A stretch of 38,960 nt of DNA from Neoconidiobolus thromboides FSU 785 (Eukaryota; Fungi; Entomophthoromycota). The DNA lies in the NCBI GenBank assembly GCA_025603075.1, contig MU626437.1, positions 1 to 38,960 on the forward strand. The letters run 5' to 3'. Below are positions 1 to 11,556 of the stretch, in pieces. The notes beneath the pieces were generated by a model. It was not told where the DNA came from, did not search any database, and worked only from the letters and a program-made list of their open reading frames with translations. The translations under genes and the position numbers were made by a program. Positions within the stretch are counted from its first letter, which is position 1. Each line of letters begins with the position of its first letter.

Positions 1-95
1 ATCTTAGTCACATAAACTAAGACCTTTCGACTTATAGTGTAGTCAACCCAGCAATAGCTGTTCTTGACTCCAAACCCTGAGTACCAGATTTCACA
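1..95 (+). mobile_element. 3' end (U5) of a solo LTR, truncated by the window start
   Basis: Identical to 15725-15819 and, from TTAGTCAC onward, to 38841-38932. Ends in the ATTTCACA terminus of that LTR family. Confidence 0.85.
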
Positions 96-699
96 GTATA
101 GTAATTTTAGAGACAACAACCTTTGTGTTGTGGGTTACAATACTATAATTATTTTTGTTTAAATAAGCTAATAAGAAATAGTTCAAAACAAATACAAATA
201 TTTTAAATTAAAAATTATCAATATTTTACAGTCATCAAAAAAAGTAAAGCAATTACTCAAAAATTATCTATTTTAATAGTATAATATTGTTTATTTATTT
301 TAACTATTTTTTTATTTAAATTCAGGTTTGCAATACTTATATATGGCATTTTTATTGATAGTTTTATCAAAATTTAGTTAAAAGCTGCTATTGCTATTGT
401 TTGAACCATTTTATAATTTGTTTATGTCACCAATAATAGTCCATTTTTATAAAAGTCCTGCAATATTAAATATAAATTTACTATCACTACTCATAATAAT
501 TAAATACAGAAATACTGCTGTTAGTCCTATTATTATCATAGTATTCCATATTTTGCTTACTTTTGATTAGGCTATTACTAGAAATTTTTCCACCAATTTA
601 TAAATTTTAACATTGACTACCCCCATGTTGTGAAAATGCTGCATTAAATTATGAGTTAAAAACTAAACTAATCAAAAAAGTTTGAAAGCTAAAATTTTA

Positions 700-1800
700 C
701 ATACTAAAAGCTTTATGGAATAGTAAATAAAATTATATAGCCAGAAAAGTTGGATTTACCAACGCCCAAAAACCCTATCAAAAATTAAAATTACTAACTA
801 ATATTAGAATTACCGTATTTAATATCAAAGGGTTAAAAAGCATATGATAGCATTGGAGACATGATTAATACTATGTCATATTCATCCCTATATTCATTAA
901 TAAGGACAGACATTTGACTAAAATATTCATCCTTACTTTAAGGATTATTGATAACGAATGGTTTTTTTCTTTAATTGTTTTTAGCTGTTTATATATGTAT
1001 ATATATTCTTATACGCTTTTGTTTTAGTAAAACGGTTTTCAAATACAAGCCGTGATGTTCATTCTATCTTATCTTTAGGTCTTCTTCAGAGTTGCCAAGT
1101 TCATCGAATTGATTAAATAAACTTTTGGATTTTAGCTTTTTTTTATCAGCTTCATTTTCCATATATGCAGAGATAGTCTAATGTTTAACAGTCTTTTGGG
1201 CTGATGATATGATTTGCTTGGATCCGATGGATAACAAATTTGTATCTTTGTTGGCAGCGTTTTTCCCAGATGTATCCTTATCCAAAGTATCCAAGCACTT
1301 TCCATAAAAGTCAGGAACAGCACTCTGGACGTTGCTCGCATTGTTTGCAATAGATTTACTTGGATTGGTATTTTTATTTGAATACTTATTGCTCAAGAAA
1401 TATAAACCCTTTTCTTTTTTTTGCAACTGTACAAAGTCTTCTTGGTAGAAACATTATTAATTTCCTTTTTTTTGGATATAGTACCAAAGTCATCACTATG
1501 ATTTGATTGATTAAGTTTTGCCTTCTTTGTCTTCCCTGCCTTCCTCACCTTTTATTCTAGCTAGCCATAAAAACCTATAGAGTATAGATATTAGGCTTTT
1601 TGAGCTCTGCGTTTTTGTCTCCATTAAGCATCTCACTGCCTCTTGAAAAACAACACTTATTTTTAGAATCCTTAATACCACTTACTATTTTACAGTCAAT
1701 TTTAGAAGACTCAAATAAATTATCTTTTCGGAAATTTGAAAATAAATGCTAGAAATTGTTAACTTCTCACACTCAAAATTCTTATACTTATCATTGTTCT
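700..1800 (-). pseudogene. Possible decayed coding sequence (frameshifted K/N/S-rich reading segments)
   Basis: Locally higher GC and several protein-like minus-strand segments in different frames (ORF 1178-1426; KSKSLFNQFDELGNSEEDLK; SKDEYFSQMSVLINEYRDEYDIV), broken by stops and frameshifts. I could not build a clean spliced model or recognise a family. Confidence 0.3.
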
Positions 1801-1978
1801 TTTTTATGGTTATTGATTTATAACATATTGTTTAAAAATGCACTTGTTTTTAATGTTAAAGTGTCAAATAAATTAACAAAAGAAACTTAAGAGAAAGCTT
1901 AATTTTTGAGTTTTGATAATTTTTAAATCTGAGATTATTTGAAAGCTAATTTTGAAATCAAAATTTCAATCAAAAATT

Positions 1979-4319
1979 ATGTTTTTTAAAATCTTAACTA
2001 CCAAATTTTCTAATTTTCAAAAAGTAGTTCAATATTCAAAAAAACAATCCACCAATTTAAGATTTGTTCAATTCAATAGCTTACATTACAGGACTCCAAT
2101 AGAAAATAAGATGATCGAAGATCCAAGTAAAGAAACTTATAAAGATTGGCCTAAAATCATAGAAGGTCAAGCTACTGTTTTATTCCCTAGTGAAAACGAA
2201 GTATTTTATAATCCAGTTCAACAATTTAATAGAGATATGTCCATTGCAGCTATACAAACTTGGTTAATTCAATTAAACGAACAAAAGAAAGAAAAATATA
2301 TTAAAAAATTTGGAGAAGAAGGTAAATTTATTTTTATAATATAAAATCAAAATGGTGTGCTTACTTTTTTATTAATTTCAATTATTATTATAGAAAAAGA
2401 GAATGTAAAACTTTATTTAAAATAAATTGTATTTCATATTTAATTTATTAATAATTTAGTTCATCCCATACAAACCTAAATTATTTGAAGCTTTGGCCGC
2501 TACTGGTTTACGTTCTATCCGATATCATAAAGAAATTGAAGGTATTGGAAATATCCTAGTTAATGATCTTGAGCCCCAAGCAGTTGAAGCAATTAAAAGA
2601 AACTTAAAGTTTAATAAAATTAATGAAGAAGATGTAACACCAAACTTAGGGGATGCTATGTAAGTTTTAAGAATTATTATTATTAGATTTTAAATATTAA
2701 ATTAATATTTTTTTAATTAATTAGTGATGTACTCTATGCTCATCGCAATCCAACAAAAAGATTTGATTGTATTGATTTAGATCCCTATGGCTCTGCTTCT
2801 CCTTTTATTGATGGCGCTATTCAAGCTATTGCTGATGGAGGTAGTTTTTTGATTTTATTAATGTTTTTTCAAAATAAGAGCTATAATTTTATTCTTAAAT
2901 ATTTTAGGTATTTTATGTGTTACATGTACAGATTTAGCTGTATTAGCTAGTACTCAGCATACTGAAGCTTGGTAATTTTTTATTTTAAATTTCAATTTTA
3001 ATTTGATTAATATTAACAATGATTATCAATAGTTTTGCTAAATATGGTGGTGTACCTGTGAAGGCCGGCTTTTGTCATGAAATGGTAAGTTTAAATTTAG
3101 TTTTGTTTTTACTAAAAAAAATTAACTCTGTTCCATTCCATTCAGGCACTACGTCTTGTTATTCATTCATTACAAACTTCAGCATCTCGTTACAAACGTT
3201 TAGTTACGCCCATCTTATCTTGTTCCATTGATTTCTATGTAAGAATTTTTTTTAGAGTCACTACATCGCCTGCTATGGTTAAACAGTATGCTAGGTAATT
3301 ATAAACTTATTTATTTATTAAATAATTTTATAAATTTTATATAGTAAAACTTCAGTACTTTATAAATGTTCTGGGTGCGGTTCATTTGAACATAATCCCA
3401 TTGGTAAATTAACCCCAAATGGAAAAAACATTAAATTTGGAGTAAATCAAGGACCTAACGTTAGTCCTAACTGTGAACATTGTGGATTTAAAATGCATGT
3501 AAGCTAATTTTATTTTATTTTATTTTAAAGTTTAAATATTTATAATAATCTGTATTATTTAGATTGGTGGCCCAATGTATAATGGTCCGCTTCATGATAA
3601 AGAATTTGTGTCTAAGATGCTTACCTTTGTTAAAGAGAATAATGCTAAATTTCATACTCATAAAAGAATGGAAGGTATGTTAACAGTGATTTATGAGGTA
3701 ATAAGCTTTTCTTAAATTAAAAGACAAAAAGAAGTATTAACTGAAATTTAATAGGAACTGGATTTACCACTTCTTTATATTCCATCAGAGTTAGCAGCTA
3801 TATGTCGAGCTCAAACACCTAATATAGTAACTATTCGATCAGCTATTCTAAATGCTGGTTATAAAGTATCGGCCTCCCATTGTGTACCTGGATCCTTTAA
3901 AACTAATGCTCCTAACGAAGTATTATGGGAAGTTATAAGAGCATGGGTAAATTATATATATACTCTTCTTCGCTTCAACATATATATTAATCTACCTTTA
4001 TAACGTAGGTGAAACTTAATCCAGTTAAATTAGCCAATTTTCCAGCTGGTGCACCAGGATTGAGGATTTTGGATAAAGAAAATAAATTACAAATTAGTTT
4101 TGAAAAACACGATGAAGCGGATCCAATTAGTAGAAATATTAAATTAGTTCGATATCAAGTTAATCCAGAGAAAAATTGGGGACCAAAGGCAAGACATAAG
4201 AGGAAAACGTAAGTGAATGAGATTAATTATATTTGAAATTTTAAACTGATGGATATTTTTTAACTAGGGAAATAGAGGTCAAGGAAGAAAATGTGAAGAT
4301 GGTGGAAAAGGAAGTGTAG
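1979..4319 (+). CDS. TRM1: tRNA (guanine-26-N2,N2)-dimethyltransferase, 12 exons
   Basis: Spliced model 1979-2321, 2394-2404, 2460-2659, 2725-2840, 2908-2971, 3033-3084, 3146-3294, 3345-3498, 3563-3697, 3755-3946, 4009-4208, 4268-4319, all GT-AG. Trm1 motifs: [47 protein letters not shown], CxxC...CxxC and NWGPKAR. Confidence 0.95.
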
Positions 4320-4976
4320 AGGTTAATATGCTAATTTAATAGCATGTATAGAATGGTGGGAAAGAAAGATTAATAAATTAGTAGATTAGTTATAGAAATT
4401 CCATAACATTTTTTACATTTGATATTTCTATGTTCAAGGAAATGGAAAAATCAATTAGATTAATTAATAAGATTCAATCAAGTTATATAAATATTTTTTT
4501 ATTTTTAATAATTTAATTTTTGTGATCATTGTTATTTCTCATTAAGCGCTTAAGGCGCACGATACACATTATAGTAAAAAGTTACCATTTAGTCAATGGA
4601 GTCCCAAAAAGTTTAAACTAATTAAATTGATTGATGACCAAAAAATTATATTCGAAAGTAGCTGATTCGTTAAAATTTATGAAGACTATTCATAAAGTAC
4701 AACTTATTGGCCATAACATATGTATATGAAAAACCCTGTTTAAGAGGTCAACTATAACTGCTTTTATTGAAAAAATTTAAATCAGCTACCAGGTTAATAA
4801 AATGTCTATTGTTTAATAAGTTAAATTAAAGATGCTTTAAAATAAACTTTGTTGAATCAATAACTTGCACATTTTCTATAATTTCATTCATACAAATTTG
4901 AATTCTTGTTTTCAAGTATTTAAGCCACAAAACAAAATTTAAAGTTTATTTTTTATTTTTTATTTTTTTCTTCTCA

Positions 4977-7900
4977 ATGGAAATAAGTGATATATTTGAA
5001 CAAAAAGGAATACGAGAGATTCAAGAAATCAAAAAAGAATGGGAGTAAATGTTTATTCTGTTAATAAAAATAACAAAAATAATACTTACTTTTTAGAGAA
5101 AAGGTGAAAAGTAATAAACAGAAATTACAACTGGAAACATTGTATATTAAAACTTAGATTATATATTAAATTTTATTTATTAATTAAATTTATTCTTTAT
5201 GATAGTAAAGAACATCAAACGATATTAAACAATCATGTAGATATGAATCAATTTTATAATGTTTCGTGTCAACTACCAATAATAGTTAATGAAATTCGTA
5301 GTGTTTATTTTCAAGATAATGAAAATGCATTACAAAAACAGAATATTCTGGAACAAAATGAAGGTAAGTTTTATAACAGATTATATTATTTTTCAAGATA
5401 TAAAAAAGGTGAATTAATTAATTATAACATATGTTTTATAGATGATCAACTGTTACTCTGTTCAGCTAAAAACATAAAGGAATTATTAGAAGCGCCAGAA
5501 CAAGTAAGTTAAAAATTTATTGAAATAATTAATAATAAGTACCTTTTAATTGACTTTACACTTTCTTACTTATTATTAGATTTGGAGTTCAATTGAAAAT
5601 TATCACTTTCTTGATGCTAGTAAATTGTATCTTGAAAATGAAACAAGATATCAAGATTTGAAAAAAATTCAATTGTTTAATCAATCCATGTTAATCACGG
5701 TAATATTTTATTTCTAGAATTTTTACATATAAATATCGAAATCAATAAAATAATAATTTATATAGAATATATTTCCAGTCATTCAAATTCAATATGATAT
5801 ATTAAAAAATGCAGCTTCATCAACAATAACAAAAGGGAAACAAGAATTAAAAAAAATTAAGTTGGATATTAAGGTAAATAATATATAATAATATAAAATT
5901 AATATAAAATTAATTTAATTATTAATAATGTTTACTTTTTACAGATGATTTATGAAATTTTTAAATCGATAGAATTAATTGAATTTAAGTCAATGAATGA
6001 ATTGATATTAATTTATTTAAGTGAAAAAGAAAGTAAATTATTACAGTTTGTATCCAAAGATAATATAACACAAAGTATACAACAAATATTAAATAAAATT
6101 GAAGAAATAATATTCCAATTAATTCAATTTTTATTAATTTATGGAAGGGAATTTGTATCTACAAAAGGATTAATTTCCATTAAAAAATCAATGAATGAAA
6201 TTGAAGAAATTAGTAATATTAATTTAAACTCAATATCAAAACAATCAAAAATATTTGATATTATAGATTTTAAAAAAATTATATTGAATTGGTTACAAGT
6301 ATTTTTACAAAAATTAAACAAAAATATAAATAAAAATTCAACAAATTCAATGAATCAACTGTTATTATTTAAAACTTTTTGTATGGAATATAAAGTCAAA
6401 TTAAAGACGGTAAGTAATTTATTTTTTTATAATTCAAATATCAATATTTTTGTTTTTATAGTTAAATATTTTAGTACCAAATTATCTGGATTTATTATAT
6501 TCAATAGTAATATTACCTAATTATATTATTATTTTAAATAATCAATATGAAATATTTTATCAAAATTATTTAAAATCAATTAAAAGTATTCAATTTGATG
6601 AAAATCAAAATCAAAATGGTAATAATTGTATTCTATAATTTAATGAATTTTATTTTATTTTATTTTTTTAGATAAGCAATTAAATTTATTTAATAATTTA
6701 CAATTTAATATTAATGAAGATATAGTTAATTTAAAACTAAATTTATTAAATCAATTTAATCAGTTTCAATTTAATGATTTATTAAATAATTATAATAATA
6801 TTCGAAATACACTAAATGAATTTATTAATGAATTTAATAATTTATTTTTAAATTCAACTATGATTTATAAACAGTAAGTTCTTATTATAATAAGTTTAAT
6901 CAATATAAATTGAATAATATTTATTATTTATTATTATTTAGATTAGATAAATTAACAATTGAACAATATTTTATTATTTATTTAAATTGTTTTGAAGAAT
7001 TAAATAATCAAATTGAATATTTAATTAAAAATTCAAATCAATTGGAATATAGTAAGTTAACTATTATTTATTTTATATTAATATTTTATAATTAACAATA
7101 TTACTGCTTTTTAATAGCTAAAGATATTTGTTATAGTCAATTATTAAACAAAATAATCGACGAATATTTAAATTTTGATAATATAAATATTAATGCTTTA
7201 AATTATTACCATTTGAAAGAAGAGGTAATTAATCATAATATTTTTATTAATAATTTATATTCATAAATTAATATAATTTCAAATATTAGCAAGAAATTAA
7301 AATACAACAATTAATAACTAAATCGAATGAAATCATAGTATTATCCTATAATAAATTAATTGATTATACTATTAATGAATATTCTAATATATTAATTCAA
7401 CAATGGTATAATCAATTACCTATTATTGATGATTTTAATATACCATCTCATTTTACATTTGGTAAGTTTGTTATATTCTATTGTATATTATATGATATAT
7501 TATATATTATATTAATAATATATTAATACTTTTATTTTTAATTATTATAGTTGATCAACCAATTTCAGAATATAATTCCTTTCCAACATTAATAACACAA
7601 CAATTATTTAATGTGTTAATTAAATTCAATCAATTTGTTGATAGTAATTTTCAATTAAATACTAATAAGGTAAATAAATAGTAAATAATAAATAATAGAT
7701 AATAACTAACCTTAATATTCTGTATAGTCTATTCTTAATAAATTGTTTCATCAATTAATGTTAAAGTTTAATGAACAATTAATTAGTTCAATATCATTAT
7801 CATCAACAAAACAATTAATACAAAATGAGTCTAAATTAAGTAATTATCAATTCCAATTTTTATTAGATTTAATAGCTTTAAATTTAATAACATCTAAATC

Positions 7901-8245
7901 AATTGAATTTAATAATATATTAAAACTATTAAATGATATTAAATTTAGTCCATTGCCTAATGAAAATATATTAAATCATTTGATATCAAATGCAAAGTTA
8001 AGTTTATATAATGTTAAATTATTATTATTTCCAATTACTTCAATTAATTTGATTGATGAATCAGTAAAGTAAGTTATTTATTATATATTACAAATTAAAT
8101 ATTATTTATTATTTATTATTTATTACAAATTAAATATTATTTATTATTTATTATTTATTCTTCGTTGTTTATTAGATCCATTCCAAATACTAGTATAACG
8201 TCATTAGCGCCCCCATGTACTCGATTTACTATATTAGAACTTTAA
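4977..8245 (+). CDS. COG1: Conserved oligomeric Golgi complex subunit 1 (Vps51/Vps67 family), multi-exon
   Basis: N-terminal IFEQKGIREIQE; IKELLEAPEQ|IWSSIENYHFLDASKLYL across an intron; last exon 8176-8245 gives SLAPPCTRFTILEL*, matching the COG1 C-terminal P..RF.LL motif. Internal exon borders in the very AT-rich middle were only partly resolved. Confidence 0.8.
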
Positions 8246-8330
8246 ATAATAAAAATAAAAATAAAAATAAAAAGTACTATTTTTTGAATATTTTACATAA
8301 ATTTTATTTGTTACTTAATAATTTTCCAAA

Positions 8331-9974
8331 TTAAGCTTGATTAGAAGGATAAGCCCAATCACTGATAGGAAGGAAGGATTCTTTAATTGTACGAACAGAT
8401 ACGAATCTATATAATAAATTCATGGAACCAGCTTTATCATTAGTACCAGAACCTTTAGCACCACCAAATGGCTGTTGACCAACAACAGCACCAGTACATT
8501 TATCATTAACATAGAAGTTACCAGCAGCAGATCTTAAACCATTAGTGGCTAATTTAATAGCATGACGATCATTAGCAAAGATAGCACCAGTTAAAGCATA
8601 TTCTGTAGTATCTTCAATTACTTTAAACATTTTTTCAAAATCATTTTGTGGATAAACATAAACAGTTAATACTGGGCCAAAGATTTCTTCTTTTAATGTT
8701 TTGAAGTTGGGGTCTTTAGTAACAATAACAGTGGGTTGAATAAAATAACCTTCAGAATCATCATAAGTACCACCAGTTAATATTTCAGCATCTGGTGAGG
8801 ATTTAGCGTAATCAATATAAGATTTAATTTTATCAAAGGAAGCTTGATTAATAACAGCAGTCATGAAGTTAGTAAAATCAGCAACGTCACCTACTTTAAT
8901 TTTAGCTACTTCACTTACCATTTTAGCTTTAAATTCTTCAAATAAATTATCTGGACAATAGAGACGAGAAAGTGCTGAACATTTTTGACCTTGATATTCA
9001 AAAGCAGAACGAATACTTTGAGGAACAATTGCATTAACATCTGCAGTTTTATGAATTAAATGGAAATTTTTACCACCAGTTTCACCAACGATACGTGGAT
9101 ATGATTTATATTTATGAATATTATTACCAATTTTTTGCCATAAATTCTTAAATACATGAGTTGATCCAGTGAAATGAAGGGAAGCAAATTCAGGGTGATC
9201 TAAACAATCTCCAACGATTTCGGGTGCTGGTCCTGGAATAAATTGAATGACACCAGCTGGTAATCCAGCTTCAGTAAAGATCTTTTGAATAAGATAATTA
9301 GAATAAGCAGCAGCAGGAGCTGGTTTCCAAACAACTACATTACCCATTAAAGCAGGAGCAGCTGGAAGATTACCACCAATAGCAGTAAAATTGAATGGTG
9401 AAACAGCTAATACAAAACCTTCTAAAGCACGATATTCAACACGATTCCAAACCCCTGGTGAATTTTTTGGTGGTTGTTGAGTGTATAACTCTTCAGCGTA
9501 TTTGCAGTTAAATCTTAAAAAGTCAGCTAACTCAGCAGCTGAATCAATTTCGGCTTGCCAAGCATTTTTACCTTGACCAAGCATAGTAGCTGCATTAATT
9601 TGGTAACGGTATTTCTTAGAAACTAAATCAGCAGCCTTCATGAAGATAGCTAAACGATCATAAAATGGCATATCTTCCCAATCTTTTTTAGCAGCTAAAG
9701 CACCCTCAATAGCCTTTTGAGTTAATTCACGAGAAGCATGATGGAAGTTACAAAGGATAGTTTTATGATCCGTTGGACAACGTTGAGCTTCAGTTTGATT
9801 ACTACGTACTTCTTCACCATTAACAATACATGGGACATCAAATGGAGCTTGAGAACGCATTTCTTTGAGTGCATTACTAAGAAGTTCACGCTCCTTACTT
9901 CCTGGAGCGTAATCATTCATAGGTTCATTTTCAATAGCTGGGAGTTTAAAGGTTGCAAGTTGTGCGGTAGCCAT
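8331..9974 (-). CDS. PUT2: Delta-1-pyrroline-5-carboxylate dehydrogenase (ALDH4 family), intronless, 547 aa
   Basis: QAEIDSAAELADF, SPFNFTAIG, FTGST, GETGGKNFH, FEYQGQKCSA (catalytic Cys), EEIFGP and GQQPFGG...GTNDKAG. Confidence 0.97.
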   Translation of the reverse strand: MATAQLATFKLPAIENEPMNDYAPGSKERELLSNALKEMRSQAPFDVPCIVNGEEVRSNQTEAQRCPTDHKTILCNFHHASRELTQKAIEGALAAKKDWEDMPFYDRLAIFMKAADLVSKKYRYQINAATMLGQGKNAWQAEIDSAAELADFLRFNCKYAEELYTQQPPKNSPGVWNRVEYRALEGFVLAVSPFNFTAIGGNLPAAPALMGNVVVWKPAPAAAYSNYLIQKIFTEAGLPAGVIQFIPGPAPEIVGDCLDHPEFASLHFTGSTHVFKNLWQKIGNNIHKYKSYPRIVGETGGKNFHLIHKTADVNAIVPQSIRSAFEYQGQKCSALSRLYCPDNLFEEFKAKMVSEVAKIKVGDVADFTNFMTAVINQASFDKIKSYIDYAKSSPDAEILTGGTYDDSEGYFIQPTVIVTKDPNFKTLKEEIFGPVLTVYVYPQNDFEKMFKVIEDTTEYALTGAIFANDRHAIKLATNGLRSAAGNFYVNDKCTGAVVGQQPFGGAKGSGTNDKAGSMNLLYRFVSVRTIKESFLPISDWAYPSNQA

Positions 9975-10184
9975 ATTTTTTTAATAGTTTTAATCTAAAA
10001 AGACTTATTGTGAATTGAAGATTATTGACTCATTTTATATCCATTCCAATGGAATATTTATTCTTTTTCGAAGACTTTATTGTTATTTTAGGCATTCTCA
10101 TTGGTTACGTTTGATCCCACAAAAGATATGTGATTTCAGCTAGATTTTTTATAAACTCTTACTATTAAGTAAATTTTAAATGTT

Positions 10185-10276
10185 AATTGGGCATTTTTTA
10201 TTTCTTATTTTAAGTGTTAAAAACCATAAATTTTTCTATTTTTATATTCATTAAATGTGAGTTAAAATGCCCAATC
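10185..10276. repeat. Short inverted-repeat-bounded element (MITE-like or regulatory) upstream of PUT2
   Basis: GGGCATTTT (10189-10197) and AAAATGCCC (10264-10272), flanked by AATT and AATC. The symmetry is 12 bp if the flanking ATT/AAT is included. Single copy in the window. Confidence 0.45.
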
Positions 10277-10530
10277 TATGTTTAAATTGAGTCAATATTA
10301 AGGGACTCTAAGAATAGTTAAATCACAGTGCTAGTTTCCCACCATGATGTCATGTGATTGGTATTAGTGAATTTTTATTCATAGTTGTTAACCTATTAAA
10401 ATCATCATCAGATAAAACTTAAGTAGGATTATTCATAGTTGTAAAATAATAATAGATATAATAAATAAATGATAGAAGGTACTAGATTTTATTAATTCTA
10501 TTTCTTATTATTAAAAAAGATAACAATAGC

Positions 10531-11389
10531 TTAAACAAGTACACCATTATATTTAGCCTTTGGATATTTCTTCAATAAATTAGGCCATTGAACAATAAAT
10601 AGATCCGTAAAATAATATAATATTTTACCCGATAACGAAAGAGTATTTACTCTAGCAAAAGATTCAATATAAACCAATTTTAATCTTGACTTAGGATGAA
10701 TAGTCTAAAAAAAATTAATATTATATAACTTTAAAATATTCCAAAATAAAATTACTGATATAAACTTAGCTAACAAAAATAAAGGTACACAAGAACCAGG
10801 TCCATTACCGAAGATCTAGGACATTTAGAATTACAATTGAAACATTTTTTTATATTAATTACATATTCTGGCTTTTCATAAATCAAAATAGAAAAACAAG
10901 AAACTAGAGTTTTGAATGTGGAAAATGGAGTTGTAATCCAAGACTGTCCAACTTGTCTAGCACGCGGTATAGTATATAGTTTATACTAAACAATTAGATC
11001 ATCTATTAAAAAATTAAACAACTTAAATAATACCTTACTGTATTCTACTTGAGTTTCATTTTCAAAATCAATGATTTTGGATAAACTTAAACTATCACCT
11101 TCACCTATTAAATAGGTTCTTGGTGTATAATTAGATATTTGTAAACTTTTTAATAATTCGATCATTTCAGCGGTATGACCGCCTGAACGAAGGTTAGTTT
11201 AATTTTAAATGATAAATACAGTTACTTACCTGAACCTAAGAAACATAATGTTTTAATACTATTTTGAGTAGTTTCGGTTTTTGAGCTATTTTTTATTAGA
11301 CTTGGTATTGGGACATTGTTTTTCAAAAAGTATAAGATGATTGTTATTAATACTATTATAATCAATAGAATTATTAGTATGATTTTCAT
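10531..11389 (-). CDS. ALG14: UDP-N-acetylglucosamine transferase subunit ALG14, 5 exons
   Basis: N-terminal hydrophobic anchor MKIILIILLIIIVLITIILYF, then LGS|GGHTAEM, IPRARQVGQS, NGPGSCVP, VYIESFARVNTLSLSGKIL and FIVQWP. The donor of intron 2 is ambiguous. Confidence 0.93.
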
Positions 11390-11556
11390 ATTATAAATGG
11401 AATTCTTAGAGTTTATAAAATCTATGACTATTATAAATGTTGAAATTTCAAGTCAAGTTTATTGACCAATAATTTCCAAAAGAAAAGCTAAGTGAAATTT
11501 CGAAAATCATTAACATCCAAAAATCAATTAAAAACAAAATCATTCTTTCATCAAAG

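Noticed and set aside
1952-1978. TTG start for TRM1 from the ORF track
   Set aside because: An in-frame ATG at 1979 is the more parsimonious start.
9722-9998. Small ORFs 9722-9916 and 9738-9998, and similar ones at 6139, 12682, 13573, 14117, 18640 and 24211
   Set aside because: They are alternative-frame or antisense shadows of real genes with no recognisable motifs.
10986-11048. Non-canonical splicing in ALG14 intron 2
   Set aside because: The best-looking donor (GTAAGG) gives stops, but GT donors at 11033 or 11048 restore the frame with a normal AG, so nothing unusual is needed.
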